64,000 nt of DNA from Marsupella aquatica (GCA_973895155.1 OZ316896.1:23518600-23582599); one strand, 5' to 3'. Shown: positions 21,310 to 34,797, numbered from the stretch's first letter. Numbers and translations are program-made. The notes: generated by a model from the letters alone, not told the origin.

Positions 21310-24300
21310 GACCACTGCCTATAGAAACTCATCGAGGCGAACGTCCTGGTACAGTTTTTAAAGTTCCATCTTGAGATGGGTAAGCTGCGAAAGGGGAAAC
21401 AGTGAGCTAATATGGAAGTATTCTATGCTCCACATGTAAGCATACTTTAATATACTTCTCTGCACTTACAGTAGCAACGAGGTCCAAAGACATTCAGTAG
21501 TTTGGGATGATGAAGTAAATTCTCCGTTGATTATTGTCGAATAGAGTGATTTTTAAGTCTAAAATCCGCCACTTGGGAACGGAAAGGATAGAGTACAAGA
21601 TGCCAAATAATGACCCAATCAAGAATGAGGACACACGGGACCGAAGAACGGCACAGGAGAGTTTAAAATATCAATCGGTTAAGCGTAGCTTTATTCTCTC
21701 TTTGGTATGGGTTTGAGCTATTTCACACGCCGGCCCAATCGTCAACGAACAGGAGATTCTCCCTTTGCATCGGAAACTGAGTGGGAAGTTAGCAGAATAA
21801 GCTACAACTACTAGAGTTTCCCCCAAATAGGAACTACTGCATACCTACATCGTTTGCCAATTAGATACTTTTTTTCATTGTGAGATCCTTTTGAACTATC
21901 TTTGACATATCTGCCGCGCTCACTCTGCAAGTCGTGAGACCATGTACGAAATCTGACAATTTAAATCCAATAATGGTCTTCAAAGAGATTGATCTGAGAG
22001 GCATGGTTGCGTGTGCCTTCACTTCTTCCTTTCCAAAACCTGACAGCAATCTACTATGAAATAATCAGACCGAGCTGTCAAAACAAATACGGAACTACAC
22101 TAAATGAAATTCTTCTGTACATTCTGCCCTTTAAAACGTAGTTCATATGACGCAAAAACGAAGCCCCCTCTCATTCAACTGCCAAACTTTCAAACGATGG
22201 ATAGTATTCGGCAACCAACGCAAATCTCAGGACGGTCCTTTGTCATTAACACCAGGGCCGGACTGATAAATTTTGAGACTCACAAGTCCTGAAATTCAGA
22301 TATGCCATAAAGAAATACTTCTTCTATGAGTTGCCTTAACTCACCAGGTAAAGTCTTCGATATCTCTCTTTAGTTTACTCCCGGTCTTCCTTTCAGAAAC
22401 CTGCGGAAGTGTACAATTGGGTTTTGTTATTGCATCTGTCTGTCAATGAAGATTTGGAGAAGAAAAAACATAGGGCAGTCTCCTCTTTGCCAAGGTGAGG
22501 CAGTTGATGCCAATCAACAGCAATCGAGTTGACAGAACTCAACAAATATGGAAGAACACGAATTTCAGGGAAAGCAGATCACCTTCCAATGAGTTACTGC
22601 TACGAGTATCAGAATCCTGTCTACAGCTTTGTGCCAAACACGCGACATCGTTCGCAACGTTTCTTGCAGATATCCTCAAGCATCTTCGCTGCTGCTGTAC
22701 GTTCCTGCTGCATTTGTTTTGCCCGGGATCTCATCAATTGACGTTCTTCCTTACCGCCCATAGAAAAGTCATCGAGCCATTCAGCTATAAGTTTCCCGAG
22801 TTGGTACATGTCCGATCCCTTGGTGTATCTTTTCCTTTTGTCATTGTCTTCTTCCAACGTTTCCGCATCCCACCCCGTTAAGTCCTCACCAACCCATACT
22901 TCATTGTCGTCTCCAGCAGCTTCCAAGTCTATGATCACCCATTTCCATTCACCCATATCATTTACTTTGATAACGTTGGGCCACCTTATGTCCCTGTGGG
23001 TGTAGCCTTTCATGTGCAAGTCCGCAAGGCCGCATAACATGTCATGCGTGGCATTTACTAAATCCTTGCAATCCTTAGGCTTTGCAGATGGGTCACCAAC
23101 AGGTTGTAGTCGCAATACTGTTTTAGCCCTGGATGGTCGGGCGGATATAAGTTGGATCAGGTACCTGGAACCATCGATTTTTTCATACAGGCATTTTATC
23201 GCGGTCACCTTATCTTTCGTCAATCGTGGGATTTCCTTCGTCACGCAGTCAGGATAGATCGTCACTGCTCCACCATCACCTCTTGCTATTGGCTTATATA
23301 ATGCCAAGGGGATGTTACTATCCAGTTCTTCCTGTAGTTTCTGTAGGAGACAGTGCATCCGAATGGTGCTATGTAGGAACTTGGCTACATCGCTCAACAT
23401 ATTCAAGTCATAGAGTTGTGAGATACTTTCAGAAACAATTTCCTTGCCTCGCGGATAGAGCTTCAGCCATTGAAACTGCCTTCCACCGGAGCCACCACCA
23501 ATCACATAAGGGAGCTTACCATAGAACAAAGGGCTCCATGTCTTTAATTTTGAGGTGTTCTCAACTGCAGCCTCGTGCCGAAGTGCCGAGTCTGTGTTAT
23601 TCTCCCATCGGAGAATGAGACAATCCCTCAAAAACAGCTGAAAATCTGGTCTTAATAGCGGTTTTAGTGGTCGCGATGCTACAGTACTAGTCGGGGGATT
23701 GGGTGAATCCAGTAACCAGACCAAACCTTGTAATTTTCCGTTTGCTGGAGCCTCCTCATTTAATAATGAGATGAACTCTCCAGTGAGATTAGCCAATTCA
23801 TGTGAGCTGGTGGCCTCATTGCCTGGACAACGACGCATTATCTGTCCGAACACAGTATCGCAGAAGGATGCCAAGTTTTCCGCCGCTGCGGGAATATCAA
23901 GCTCCACCAGCTCAGAAGAGCATATTTTCTTGAAAATTTCAAGATCTCGAATTGGGAGCGGTACTGGTGTCTGGGACAGAAACTCCGAGAGTTCATGGGC
24001 ACTTCGTGGGAGCGTCGGAGGTGGTTCCAACAGTTTCCCAAAATAGCGCTCTCTAGCTTCAATATCAGCTTTTGCTGCCAAGGTCAGGCATTCCTCTGGT
24101 GACGGTTTTGCCTTCTTTGAAAGTCGCGCTCCCTCTGCGTACACACCAATCACGAAGTGTTGAAGAGGAAGAGAAAAACAGGAAAGTCATCCAATAATCA
24201 CTCGAGCAATGAGCCCTACAAATTTGGCACGATTCCGGCACAAATGCTTTATCGGTTCGGCAAAGCAGGAAGACACAGGACACCTGTTATTGCAACAGTA

Positions 24301-25922
24301 CTTTCCAAACAAATGCCAGAGCAAGAGCGACAGCTGCTGTCGATGATGCCCTATATCTTGATCACTTTTCGGCAAAGAAAACAAATTAGGTGCAGCCAAT
24401 TAGGCGAGTTCTGAGGAATAAACTCAACGAAAAAACAAACCAGAACCAGAAGACACTGAGACGAAATATATTGCTGTGAAATTCTGTTGGAATTACCATG
24501 CGTAGAGCTTTCCTTTCGAAGCAGAACTGCCGCCTCGACTCCACATTTTGCTCCCTCAGATGCGTCTGGACACAGTTTATCAATAAGGCGTTCGAGTCTG
24601 TCCTCTGAAAACATCAGCAACGCAGGTACTGAGACCTTGTGGAAGTCTAGTTGCGCAGCAATGTATCGTAGATCTGCTTGGTCAAGAATGGTAGGTCGAA
24701 GCAGGTCCAGAATACTGTCTTCTTGAGAACCCGCCATTGAATCTTGCAGGCTGAACAATAATACAATTCGCTTCCTTAAGTACCCGCCATTGAATCTTGC
24801 AAGCTGAACAATAAGACAATTCGCTTCCTTAAGTTCTATGCTATCAAAACAAGCATAGACAGCCACAAACGCAAGTCATAACAAAGAAAGCACAAAGTCC
24901 AATCACAAGCAGAAACGAAACCTTCGGTTGACACAAATCGTAGCAACAGAGGAAGCGACAGAGGAAAGAGCACCACAAGGGTGAAAACTACGGTACAAGG
25001 CCGTGAAACTCACCATCCACCACACCCTAGATTACCAAAATGCAATCCCAAATCCCGCAACCGCGGTGTAAGGCCTCCTGATCCGCAGTCGATCAATTAA
25101 ACATGCCGCGATTCACCACCTTAAAATTCCTGGCCAGTCTGCTCGCAAAATTCTCCATACTACAGTCTATGCCAAACAGACCAGTTGTATACCAAAGGTT
25201 CGTATTCTTATGCAGACGGGCTCCTCGGTCATCACCAAAGGAGTTGGCAAAGATGCGCGTAACCGAGGTAGATTCAAACATCAAAAGGTAGCAAATAATT
25301 TGCTTCCTTAGATGATATCATTTACGGAGTAATTGTATCATATTCGCACTTCTAACTCCTGTGGAATACCACTTTTGCAGAAATACAATCAAGCTCTTAT
25401 TGTACCAGGAAAGATGTGCAGAATTTCAAATTATTTTGGTGTTAGGCCCATCCAAGCCAGGTGAAAAAGCGCCCTTCTTTAGGTCCAGTTAGAGACTCTT
25501 GCAAATCTAGAAAATTCTGAAAAAATTCACTTCGCCCATTCACATCCGTCGGATCTTTCTAATGAATTTCTTATCAATGCTAGAATTTGTGGAATGTGCC
25601 ATATCACTCGTGAGACAGCTGAAAGCACTTGATAAATGACTATGAAGAAAGGGCCTTGTTAACATGCTCAGATAACACATAGTCTTTAGCGCAAGATTCA
25701 ATGTCAAGAAACAAATCTATTTTGCGTCTTCTAAACTTGTCAAGATCCTATCCTGAATCAATTAAATTTTGCGTCCTCTAAAAGCTATCCTGGATCTTGA
25801 CTGGTGGATTGACTATAAATTACTAGACAATCCTTACATGATAATAGACAAAAAAATTAAACCAATTTTTTTATAAAATGTGCTCTAATGTGGAGGAAAA
25901 GGATAATAAAATAGACTCAAGA
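21310..25922. repeat. Segmental duplication of the Crinkler-like block (matches 50267-54868)
   Basis: Near identity from GACCACTGCC to ACTCAAGA except 23828-24154. Confidence 0.95.
22621..24737 (-). CDS. Crinkler (CRN)-like protein, copy 1: helical header, REase-like domain, protein-kinase-like domain; 2 exons (24737-24497, 24134-22621), about 584 aa
   Basis: RPDF...LRWENN, WSPLFYGKLPYVIG, HRDIRWPNVI, IIDLE, YTKGSDMYQLG; phase-1 GT...AG intron 24496-24135 joins MAGSQED exon in frame. Confidence 0.78.
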
Positions 25923-25990
25923 CATTGCCAAACTACTTGGCAGGGAGGTAATTACTGGCTTGGAGGTTTCAAGGAGATAAAGATAGTCTG

Positions 25991-26179
25991 GTTGAGAGAT
26001 AGGGAGAGCTTGTGCTATGAATGCTTGGTATGGCCGGTCGGCCTAGAGTGCAGTAAAGCTCTTGTGTGTTCCCGTGGACGTAGCCTCATGTGGAGGTGAA
26101 CCACGTATCTCTTTGTGTCGACTCTTGTGCGTTGGATGGTTCATGGGCTTGCCGTTACGAATGTCGTCTATGCTCAACA
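25991..26179 (+). repeat. Copia 5' LTR remnant (last 189 bp)
   Basis: Matches 32469-32657 with one mismatch seen; ends in CA. Confidence 0.9.
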
Positions 26180-26181
26180 AG

Positions 26182-26193
26182 TGGTATCAGAGC
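26182..26193 (+). promoter_or_regulatory. Primer binding site, initiator tRNA-Met
   Basis: TGGTATCAGAGC 2 nt after LTR end. Confidence 0.93.
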
Positions 26194-27832
26194 ATGCCTG
26201 GGAGGTGACGAGGTTTTTTCATGACAGGTTTTTTCCAACGTTCATTGTCGATGGTACATTCGGAGTTTCGTCGCATGAAACTCGAATGTGTGTGGCTGTG
26301 CGAATAGGTTAGTGAGAGGGCTTTCTAACGGTGGTTAGAACTCGCTGATCGGTATCCATGTTGCAGAGGAATTGAAGTTTGCATCGTTCAGGTTTTATTC
26401 ATGTTCGACGGGTTTTTGGGGGAGAGACCAGAGTTTGCGTTTTTCAACAGTGTGAGCTGTGCGGTGTTCGGGGGATCGCACATTATAGCTCAAGTTGATG
26501 GTTGAAGCGAGCTGGTCGTTTCGGTAGTTGTGTTGCTACCGAGTTGTTACCGAGTGCGTCGTGACGAGTGAAGGAGGCGTTCAGGTTTTTTCACAAGCTA
26601 TGGAGCTTGTTCACATCTGAACCGGGTTACTCTTCGTGACGTACGACTCGGTGGAAGAAACGCAAAGTGCTACGGCTCAACGGGTTGATCGCGGCGAGGC
26701 GGTCATTTTGAACCCGGGATTGGTACTTGACGCGGAGTGAAGTCGTCACGACGGAAGTTTTTACTCTGCTGGAGCTGCAGACTGTGCTGGTGCAATTCGG
26801 CAACTTTTCCCGTCGGCGGCGTTCATTTTTCTTGTTTAAAACTGTGGCGATTAAGGTTTGTAACCTGGGATTTTTTCACTTTAAGTGGCAAATGTTTTTT
26901 GGTTACTTTAGTGGGATTTTTTCTGTGTGTATACACACCCTGGCCGCCCCATACCCCCTCGCTTACCCCTGCACCATAAACTAAACCCTGCCCTCCCAGT
27001 CGCGGCTATTTTTTGGAGCGCCGACCGGCGCTAAAATAGCCGCACCGACCCTCGGCCCAGCTTGACTGAACGCGGCTGCAACGCAGTTGCCTGAATTTTT
27101 CTGAATTTTTTTTTGAGCCCTTGCGTGCTTCGCGAACCCCGACTAACCCCGGCCGGCGCCCCTCCCTGGCGCACGGCGTCGATTCGCCCCGCCCCCCGAC
27201 CCTGTCTCCGACTGCGTATGTAGCCGTAGCTGCTATGCATACCGCCCCTCCTGCGCCCCCCTTATGCCCGGGCCATGTACACTCGACCCCATACGGGGTA
27301 TTTTTTCCTTTTGAAGGGGCTTTCGACCCCCTTTAAGGCCCTTATTTTTCTCCTTTTTTCATCCTTCATTGTTGTGCCGTGTGCCGGGACCTGCCACCCC
27401 CGACTTTCACCACTTACATAGGGGGAAAGGCCCCCTGTGAGACCTGTCAGACTGTGCGGGAATATTCCCAAAAAATAGAGAGTTGTTTTTTGGCCGTCCG
27501 ACAAAGATTCCGCCCGCCGAACGGTAACTTTTTTGGTTATTTTTCGGCGAGGACGTTGCCACTGGAGTTAGCAACGTGGCGCACCGATCACATTGCGATT
27601 CCGACGATGGGTTGTACTTGGTATTTTGGTTATTCTCCGAGGTGGTCAAAACAGGGGAGTTTCCCAAGGTTTTACCCACCCCGACCAAAATTTGAATAAC
27701 TTTTGCGTCAAATTTTGATTTTGATTTTGGCTTTCAGTATTGGACTCCTAGCTTCGTGGGCTACGCGACGGTGTTGAGTTTTGAGTTTTGTGAGAAGTTT
27801 TGAAAAAATATGTTTTTTCGTGATTGTTTCAT

Positions 27833-30800
27833 ATGAGTGACTCAGAGGATACTAGAAGAATTGGCGTCGGTGGAGCTTCAGGATTGCGACGATTAAACGG
27901 TGAGTTTGAGGAGCTGCTACCGTTTGAGGAGGAACTAGTGACACCGGTACGATCACCGGTGCGGCGTGCAGTGAAGGAAGTTGTGTTACTACCAGAGTTG
28001 TCCGTAGTTGGAAAGAAGAGAGAGATGGCTAGATTTGGAGGAGTGAAGTTTGAGGTGGAGAAGTACGATGGTCATACTGATTACTTATTGTGGGAGAAGC
28101 AAGTGAAGGGTGTCCTTCGGGCCATGGGCTTAGCTCATCTGCTTTCATCGCGAGAGCAGTATGATGGAGAGGAGGAGATTTCTGTGAGGCAGTGGAGACA
28201 GGAGCAGGTGATTGTTGTCAATGCAGTGATGCTTTATCTGAAGCCACACATCATCAAGCAGCTGGATGATTATGCGGATTGCGCGTCACTGTTCAAGGCT
28301 CTTAGAGAGAAGTACTATCGGGAAGATGCGTCAGACCGGCTGTACAAGAAATCTCTCTTGATGAGCCTTAGGCTCAAGGAAGGGAGCAAGATGCAGGATC
28401 ACCTAAATGAGTTTGACAGTCTAGCGGTGGATCTGTCAAACCTGGGAAAAAGAGTTGAAGATGAGGATAAGGCCTTGGTTCTGCTAAGCTCCTTATCGCC
28501 GTTATATCAGGGCTTGAAATAGGTGCTCTTGTATAGAGATCTGAAGTCCATTTTGTATAATGAGGTGGTGAGCTCCTTGCTGTCTGATGATGCTCAGAAG
28601 AAGCTGGGTCAATCACAAACAACATCTTCTTCTGGCACTACGCTGAACGTGAACCGTGGAAGACCAGCGCAACGCACAAATGGGCAGAACAGGTTTAGAT
28701 CTACATCACGGGGGAGATCTAAATCCAGAGGGAAATCGCAAGAGAGGAAGCCTCTTGCATGTTGGAGATGTGGCAAGCCTGACCACATGAAAAAGGATTG
28801 TCGAGTAAAGGACCCTACTGCATTAGCTAATGCGGCATCGAGCTCGCATGAGGTAGATTTGCTCGATGATAATGACATATTGTGATGCCAAGGTTATGCT
28901 CTCAACGTTGTGTCAAATCCAGGTAGTGATGACTGGATTCTAGATAGTGCATGTACTTTTCACATTTACTCTAGGAGAGATTTTTTTAGTTCTTACACGG
29001 TTTCCAACGGGTCAATGTTGATGGGAAATGGAATCTCATGTCAAGTAGTTGGACTTGGATCTGTTAGATTTCAAATGTTTGATGGTGCTGTGAGAACGTT
29101 GAGGAATGTGAGACATATTCTCAGCATGATGAAAAATTTCATTTCACTTGGAGTTTTAGAAGCAAATGGCCATCAGTGGAGTTCTGCTAATGGTGTCCTT
29201 CAGGTTTCAACTGGTACTAAAGTTGTATTGAAGGGAAAGAGACATAGCAATCTATACCTTTTGGAGGGCAGTGTAGTTTGTGATGAAGCCAATGTAACCT
29301 TATCTCATGGGGAGACGGCCCGGCTGTGGCACTTCCGTTTGGGCCACATGAGTGAAAAAGGTTTGGTTATTCGTCAGAAGAAAGGATTACTTTCTAATTT
29401 CCAATCTTGTAAGCTGGAATTTTGTGAGCACTGTGTGCTTGGGAAGCAACACAGGAAACCCTTCGGAGTTGGAACTCACACCAACAAGGAGGTACTTGAG
29501 TATGTACATAGTGATGTGTGGGGTCCAGCCCCTACTCCCTCACATTCTGGACGGTTATACTATGTCATGTTCATAGACGATTACTCAAGGTATGTGTGGA
29601 TATACTTTCTACATAGTAAGTCTGATGTTTTTGCCACTTTTAAGGAGTGGAAAGCCCAAGTTGAGAATCAGACTGGTAATAAGGTGAGATATTTTTGATC
29701 GGATAACGGCGGTGAATACAATTTCGGGGAATTTGGAACGTATTGTAAGGAGCAAAGGATTACCCGCCATCTCACAACAAGTTATACTCCTCAGCAGAAT
29801 GGTGTTTCTGAGAGACTCAACCGAACACTATTGGATCGCTCCAGGAGTTGTTGAGTCAATCATGCTTACCACATGAGTTTTGGGCTGAAGCTGTCAACAC
29901 TGCAGCTTATTTGGTAAATTTTTCTCCATCCAATTCTATTAGATTCAAGACGCCATTTGAAATGAGGTACGGGCATCCAGCAGATTACTCACATCTGAGG
30001 ATTTTTGGATGTGATGCTTATGTGCTTACACCTTCCCAGCTTCTATCCAAGCTGGAGTCCAAGTCAAAGAAGTGCATTTTCCTTGGCTATCAAAAAGGTG
30101 TGAAGGGTTATAGGTTATGGGATCCAGTAACCTGTAAACTAATTGTCAATAGAGATGTGTCCTTTAATGAATCCAGATCATCAAAGGAGGGGGAGAGTTC
30201 TCAGGACTCCCATATTGACAAGGGGAAATCTCCCATCCCGGACCGGGTTGAGGGGGAGATTAGTCATGACGTAGTTCATGACAGGAGAGATGGAGAAGCT
30301 CCAGGCTTGGAGCTGGTTCCTGTTATGGAACAAGAGGAGCAAAATGTTGCTGGGATACCTCAAATTTAGCCAGCAGCAACAACAGATCAGCCTGAGACAT
30401 CTACTAGAAGAACTTTTAGTCGTTCTACTAGAGCTCCTACCAGGTATGGTCAATGGGCAGACTCATATAAGCTAGATGATATTGACATTGCACCTAATGA
30501 AGATGATATAGCTTTGATCTTGGAAGAAGAAGAGTCTTCTTTGTAAAGTGAGGCTTGTGCTTCAGAGCAGAAGCATGAGTGGAATGCAGCAATGCAAAGG
30601 GAGTTGCAATCTTTGAGTGACAACAAGACATGAGAGCTAGTGGAGCTTCCAAGAGGTCAACAAGTGGTGGACAGCAAATGGATTTACAAGTTGAAGGACA
30701 GTCCTTCAGATGGTGGAGATAAGATCTACAAGGCAAGGCTTGTTGCCAAGGGGTTCACTCAGGAGAAAGGAGTGGACTACAATGAGGTCTTTTCACCGGT

Positions 30801-32106
30801 GGCTAAGTATTCCATAATTCGGATCCTGTGTCAACTTGTTGTGTTTTTTGGTTTGGTGATGGATCAGATGGATGTTGTTATTGCTTTTCTCTATGGCAAC
30901 TTGGAAGAGATGATCTTCATGAGACAGCCACTAGGCTTTATGAAGAAGGGCCAAGCGAACTTAGTTTGCAGATTGCTCAAGTCCTTGTATGGATTGAAGC
31001 AATCTCCCAGACAGTGGAACAAGCGATTTGATGATTTCATGCTTGCTCAAGGTTTTACAAGGATGGTGTATGATCCTTGTGTGTATACGAAATCAGTCAA
31101 GAATTATGTGTTTGGTTTCATCATTCTGGTGATCTATGTGGATGACATGCTGATTGTGGCTAAAGATCAATCTGAGGTTGACAGTCTCAAGGCAAAATTG
31201 AGTGTTGAATTCAGGATGAAGGATCTTGGTAAGGCCAAGAGGATCTTAGGGATGGAGATTTTTAGGAACTCTGATACTGGATAGTTGTGCTTGAGTCAAG
31301 GCCAGTATGCGAGGAAGGTACTTGCATGATTCAACATGGAGAACTGTAAGCCAGTGAGTATTCCTTTAGCTTCACATTTCAAGTTATCATTGGCTTTCTC
31401 TCCTACAGATGTTGTGGAGAAAGGTCTGATGGCTAAGATTCCTTATGAGAAGGCAGTAGGCAGTCTGATGTATTTGATGACTTGTACTAGGCCTGACTTG
31501 GCCCTAGCGATGGGCAAGGTTAGCAGATTCATGTCAAATCCAAGGAAGGTACATTGGGAAGCTGTGAAGTGGATTCTCAGGTATGTGAAGGGAACACAGG
31601 ACTATGGATTACTATTTGATAAGTTCAGATAAGATAGAACGTTAGTTGGCTATATAGATTCTGACTATGGAGGCTGTCTGGAGACAAGGAGGTATACAAC
31701 TGGGTTTGTATTTACTCTTGGAGGAGGATGTATTAGTTGGAAATCTACCTTGCAGAAGTGTATACCTCAGTCTACTATAGAAGCAGAGTATGTTGCAGCA
31801 GCAAAAGCAACAAAGGAAGCAATTTGGTTGGACAAGTTGATCGCGGAGATGGGTTTAGAGCATGGCAAAATGACTCTAAACTGTGATAGTCAAAGTGCTC
31901 TTCACTTGGCTGCTAACCAGGTGATGGATAGCAGGGTGAAGCACATTGATATCAGGTACCATTTTATCAGGCAAGCAGTGTCTGATAAAACTTTTGAGCT
32001 AGTCAAGATTGATGGAAAGCTCAATCCCGCTGATGCTTTTACCAAAGTGATTCCTTCGGAGAGTTTCTCAAGACACCGTGCTACTTTGCAGGTTTTGCAG
32101 TTGTAG
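27833..32106 (+). pseudogene. Copia gag-pol with many stops and frameshifts
   Basis: KFEVEKYDG gag, CWRCGKPDHMKKDC knuckle, WILDSACTFH protease, HSDVWGP integrase, YVDDML RT, KHIDIRYHFIR RNase H. Confidence 0.95.
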
Positions 32107-32313
32107 TGCAAGTAGAGTTATTTAGTAATGTGTGACTATTTGTATATGGATTACTCATTCCTGTTTGGCTACGACTTAGTTCTAGTTAACCCTTAGTTAA
32201 CCCTTGTGGTTTTTTTGGGGAGACCTGGTTTGGTGATTGTCTAGAACTTCCCGCTGAGGATTCCATATGGTAGCATTTAGTCTAGTCCCCAAGACAAGAG
32301 TCAAGGGGGAGTT

Positions 32314-32657
32314 TGTTAGATATTGCTCTAGTCTTGTGACTCATGAGCTAACCACAGTTAGTCTAACTTGGGTTAGGGCTTAGCTAATGTTAGCGGTAGT
32401 GCTGTTGTGCATATAGCCAGGGCTGATGCCAGACCCTGGGGGAACTTAGGCTCATTGTTACGAAGCTAGTTGAGAGATAGGGAGAGCTTGTGCTGTGAAT
32501 GCTTGGTATGGCCGGTCGGCCTAGAGTGCAGTAAAGCTCTTGTGTGTTCCCGTGGACGTAGCCTCATGTGGAGGTGAACCACGTATCTCTTTGTGTCGAC
32601 TCTTGTGCGTTGGATGGTTCATGGGCTTGCCGTTACGAATGTCGTCTATGCTCAACA
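32314..32657 (+). repeat. Copia 3' LTR, 344 bp
   Basis: TGTTAGA...CAACA preceded by PPT AAGGGGGAG (32303-32311). Confidence 0.92.
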
Positions 32658-34389
32658 ATTCAGTATACAGCACAATAGAAGTCAATCATCTCAATGAAGG
32701 TAGATTGCGTTAGATGTTTAATAAATACAAATGTGAGGCCATGTGCTTGACAACCCAATGCCGATGTTTCGTACGACATATTCTCACCATGCAATTATTG
32801 AAGCTATGGTGTCATTGGTGTGACAATACTCATGCATGGCACAAAAATGCAAAGGTGAGGCAAAGAAATGCAAGTGTGGCAAGGAAGTCATAGAGGCACA
32901 AAATTGTCATCAGGCCAAGAGGAAAAAGAAGTCTTGCGGGGGAAGGGAAGTCTTGTCAAGGGTGATACTTATGTCATGGTTAAAGCAAAATCTAGTTCAT
33001 TGTGGTGCAATTTTCTTGGTCCCAAGGAAAACACCGGGAACAGGCCTCTTCCAATTGGAATAGGGTTGCTCTATGTCATTAACTATGGGCTAGGTGATCA
33101 AGAATCACAATTTTTACTACATTTACCTCGAAGGTTTCTAGGTTGGGGGTTATGAATATGGTGGTAACAACTACAGTAATCCTCGGGGTAATCATTTTTT
33201 ACTTACTCTGGTATGTTTGGATTTAGCCACCGAACTGTACCCATTTGGCTTGAAAACTCAAATCAAGTGAGGAACTTTTCAGACTGCCACACTCCACCTG
33301 ACTAACCAGCACTCTCTGACTAACTCCTGGAATTGAATGGGCAGTTTCGAATCAGAACTCAAATGTCGCACACACAAAGAACTCAGATACCTTCCATACT
33401 GATTGTAGCCGACTTAAGCATTGCACTCAACCATGTACGGATTGGTCCGAACTTCCGATATGACCATGTCCTTGATATTTCTTCGATCTATGTATTTCCA
33501 GTCTTGATCTCGAGGGATATAGAGAAGACTATGGGAGGTCGGGGAGGAGGGTGGAGAAATTTTGCTGCGAGGTGGATCTTTGTTCCACAAAAGATCATAT
33601 AGTTATCACATTGGGAATTTATAGATGAAGTGATCTTGCTTGAGATGTAGCCGAAACCATAAGTAGGTGAACTGTAAGTTGTATTTTATATGCAAACTCT
33701 TTCGAGAAGCGTCTCCTGGAATATTATGTTAAACAAGTCCTACGCTCAGTATCAACACTTGTAGAAAACCAGTTCTGAAGTCCAGTGTCAATATAAGTAC
33801 ACTCGTGTCAACGCTGCTCAGAAAAATGCCAACACCTGAAAATGCAAGGAACGATTATGCAATATAAAGTTCAAAGCACTTTGTCTTGGTCATCATTCGG
33901 TTGCATGAACAAGGCAGAGACTTCACAGACGGACCAATTGTAATAACAACAGGACAGGTCCAATCTGTCCCAAGCAGAAATTAACCACTCCATGGAGGGG
34001 CCTCGGCTTGAGAGACCAATGGACCATCCTTGGTCCAAAACCCACTGCTTATCAACCTGGGTTTTAAAGGAAGTAGCAATCCAGCTAAAGGGATACATGC
34101 TGAAGGTATTGGGCAAAATTTTGTTTGGGGTGGATGCAGATTTGTTAGGATCCATAGCAGAGGAGGGAAGGTATGTAGAGTTAATTGCATGGTCCTTAGA
34201 GCAATGAAGATTTCCCTCCCCAAAGCTATATGAGCAATGGTATTTTGCCATTTCCCGCTACATTTGGAGATGGGGCTTTGTTGACAAGACTTTGGTAGCT
34301 TCCTACCTATAGTTACCTCACTCTCCTGCTCAGCCTCGTCTCCCGAATATTTTCTATGCAAACTTTTGTGCGGGCCTTCTCAGTAAATT

Positions 34390-34797
34390 TTCAGCAGAAG
34401 ATACAGGAGTTGAAGGGAGCAGAGCAGGCCAACCTTGCAATCTACAATAACGCCATGGCGGGTACCCAGGGGGCGAAGAAGGCACTGGAGGGAGAGCTCG
34501 ACGATCTTTGCAAGGCCCATCACCAGAAGAATGTCGAGTTTGATAAGACCTATGGGGGCATTGCTCAGCTGAAGGAGGAGCTTGCAACCCTGTTGGCCAA
34601 TTTTCAAGCCGACCTACGTAGGAAGGACGACATGCTTGGTCAAAAATACAAAAAGATGAATAAGATGGAGTTTGATGTTGTCCACGAGCTCAACAAGGAG
34701 CTAAGGGAAGCCCGGGAGGAAAGGGCGGCCTTGCAAAAGGAGTTGGAGGACACCCGGGGGGAGTTGGACGAGACTCAGGAGGAGTTAGAGGACATCG
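34390..34797 (+). pseudogene. Isolated fragment of a diverged relative of the LTR-encoded coiled-coil protein
   Basis: TYGGIAQLKEELATLLANFQADLRRKDDML aligns with SYQGIMALQQELASLTASFKADLREKDEML. Confidence 0.8.

Larger units (their letters stand above)
25991..32657 (+). mobile_element. Ty1/copia LTR retrotransposon (Tnt1/Tork-like), defective, 5' LTR truncated
   Basis: gag-PR-INT-RT-RH order; PBS, PPT and matching LTR sequence. Confidence 0.95.

Noticed and set aside
32720-32930. CXC-type cysteine cluster of a transposase
   Set aside because: Cys-rich but fragmentary across frames; not enough to assign
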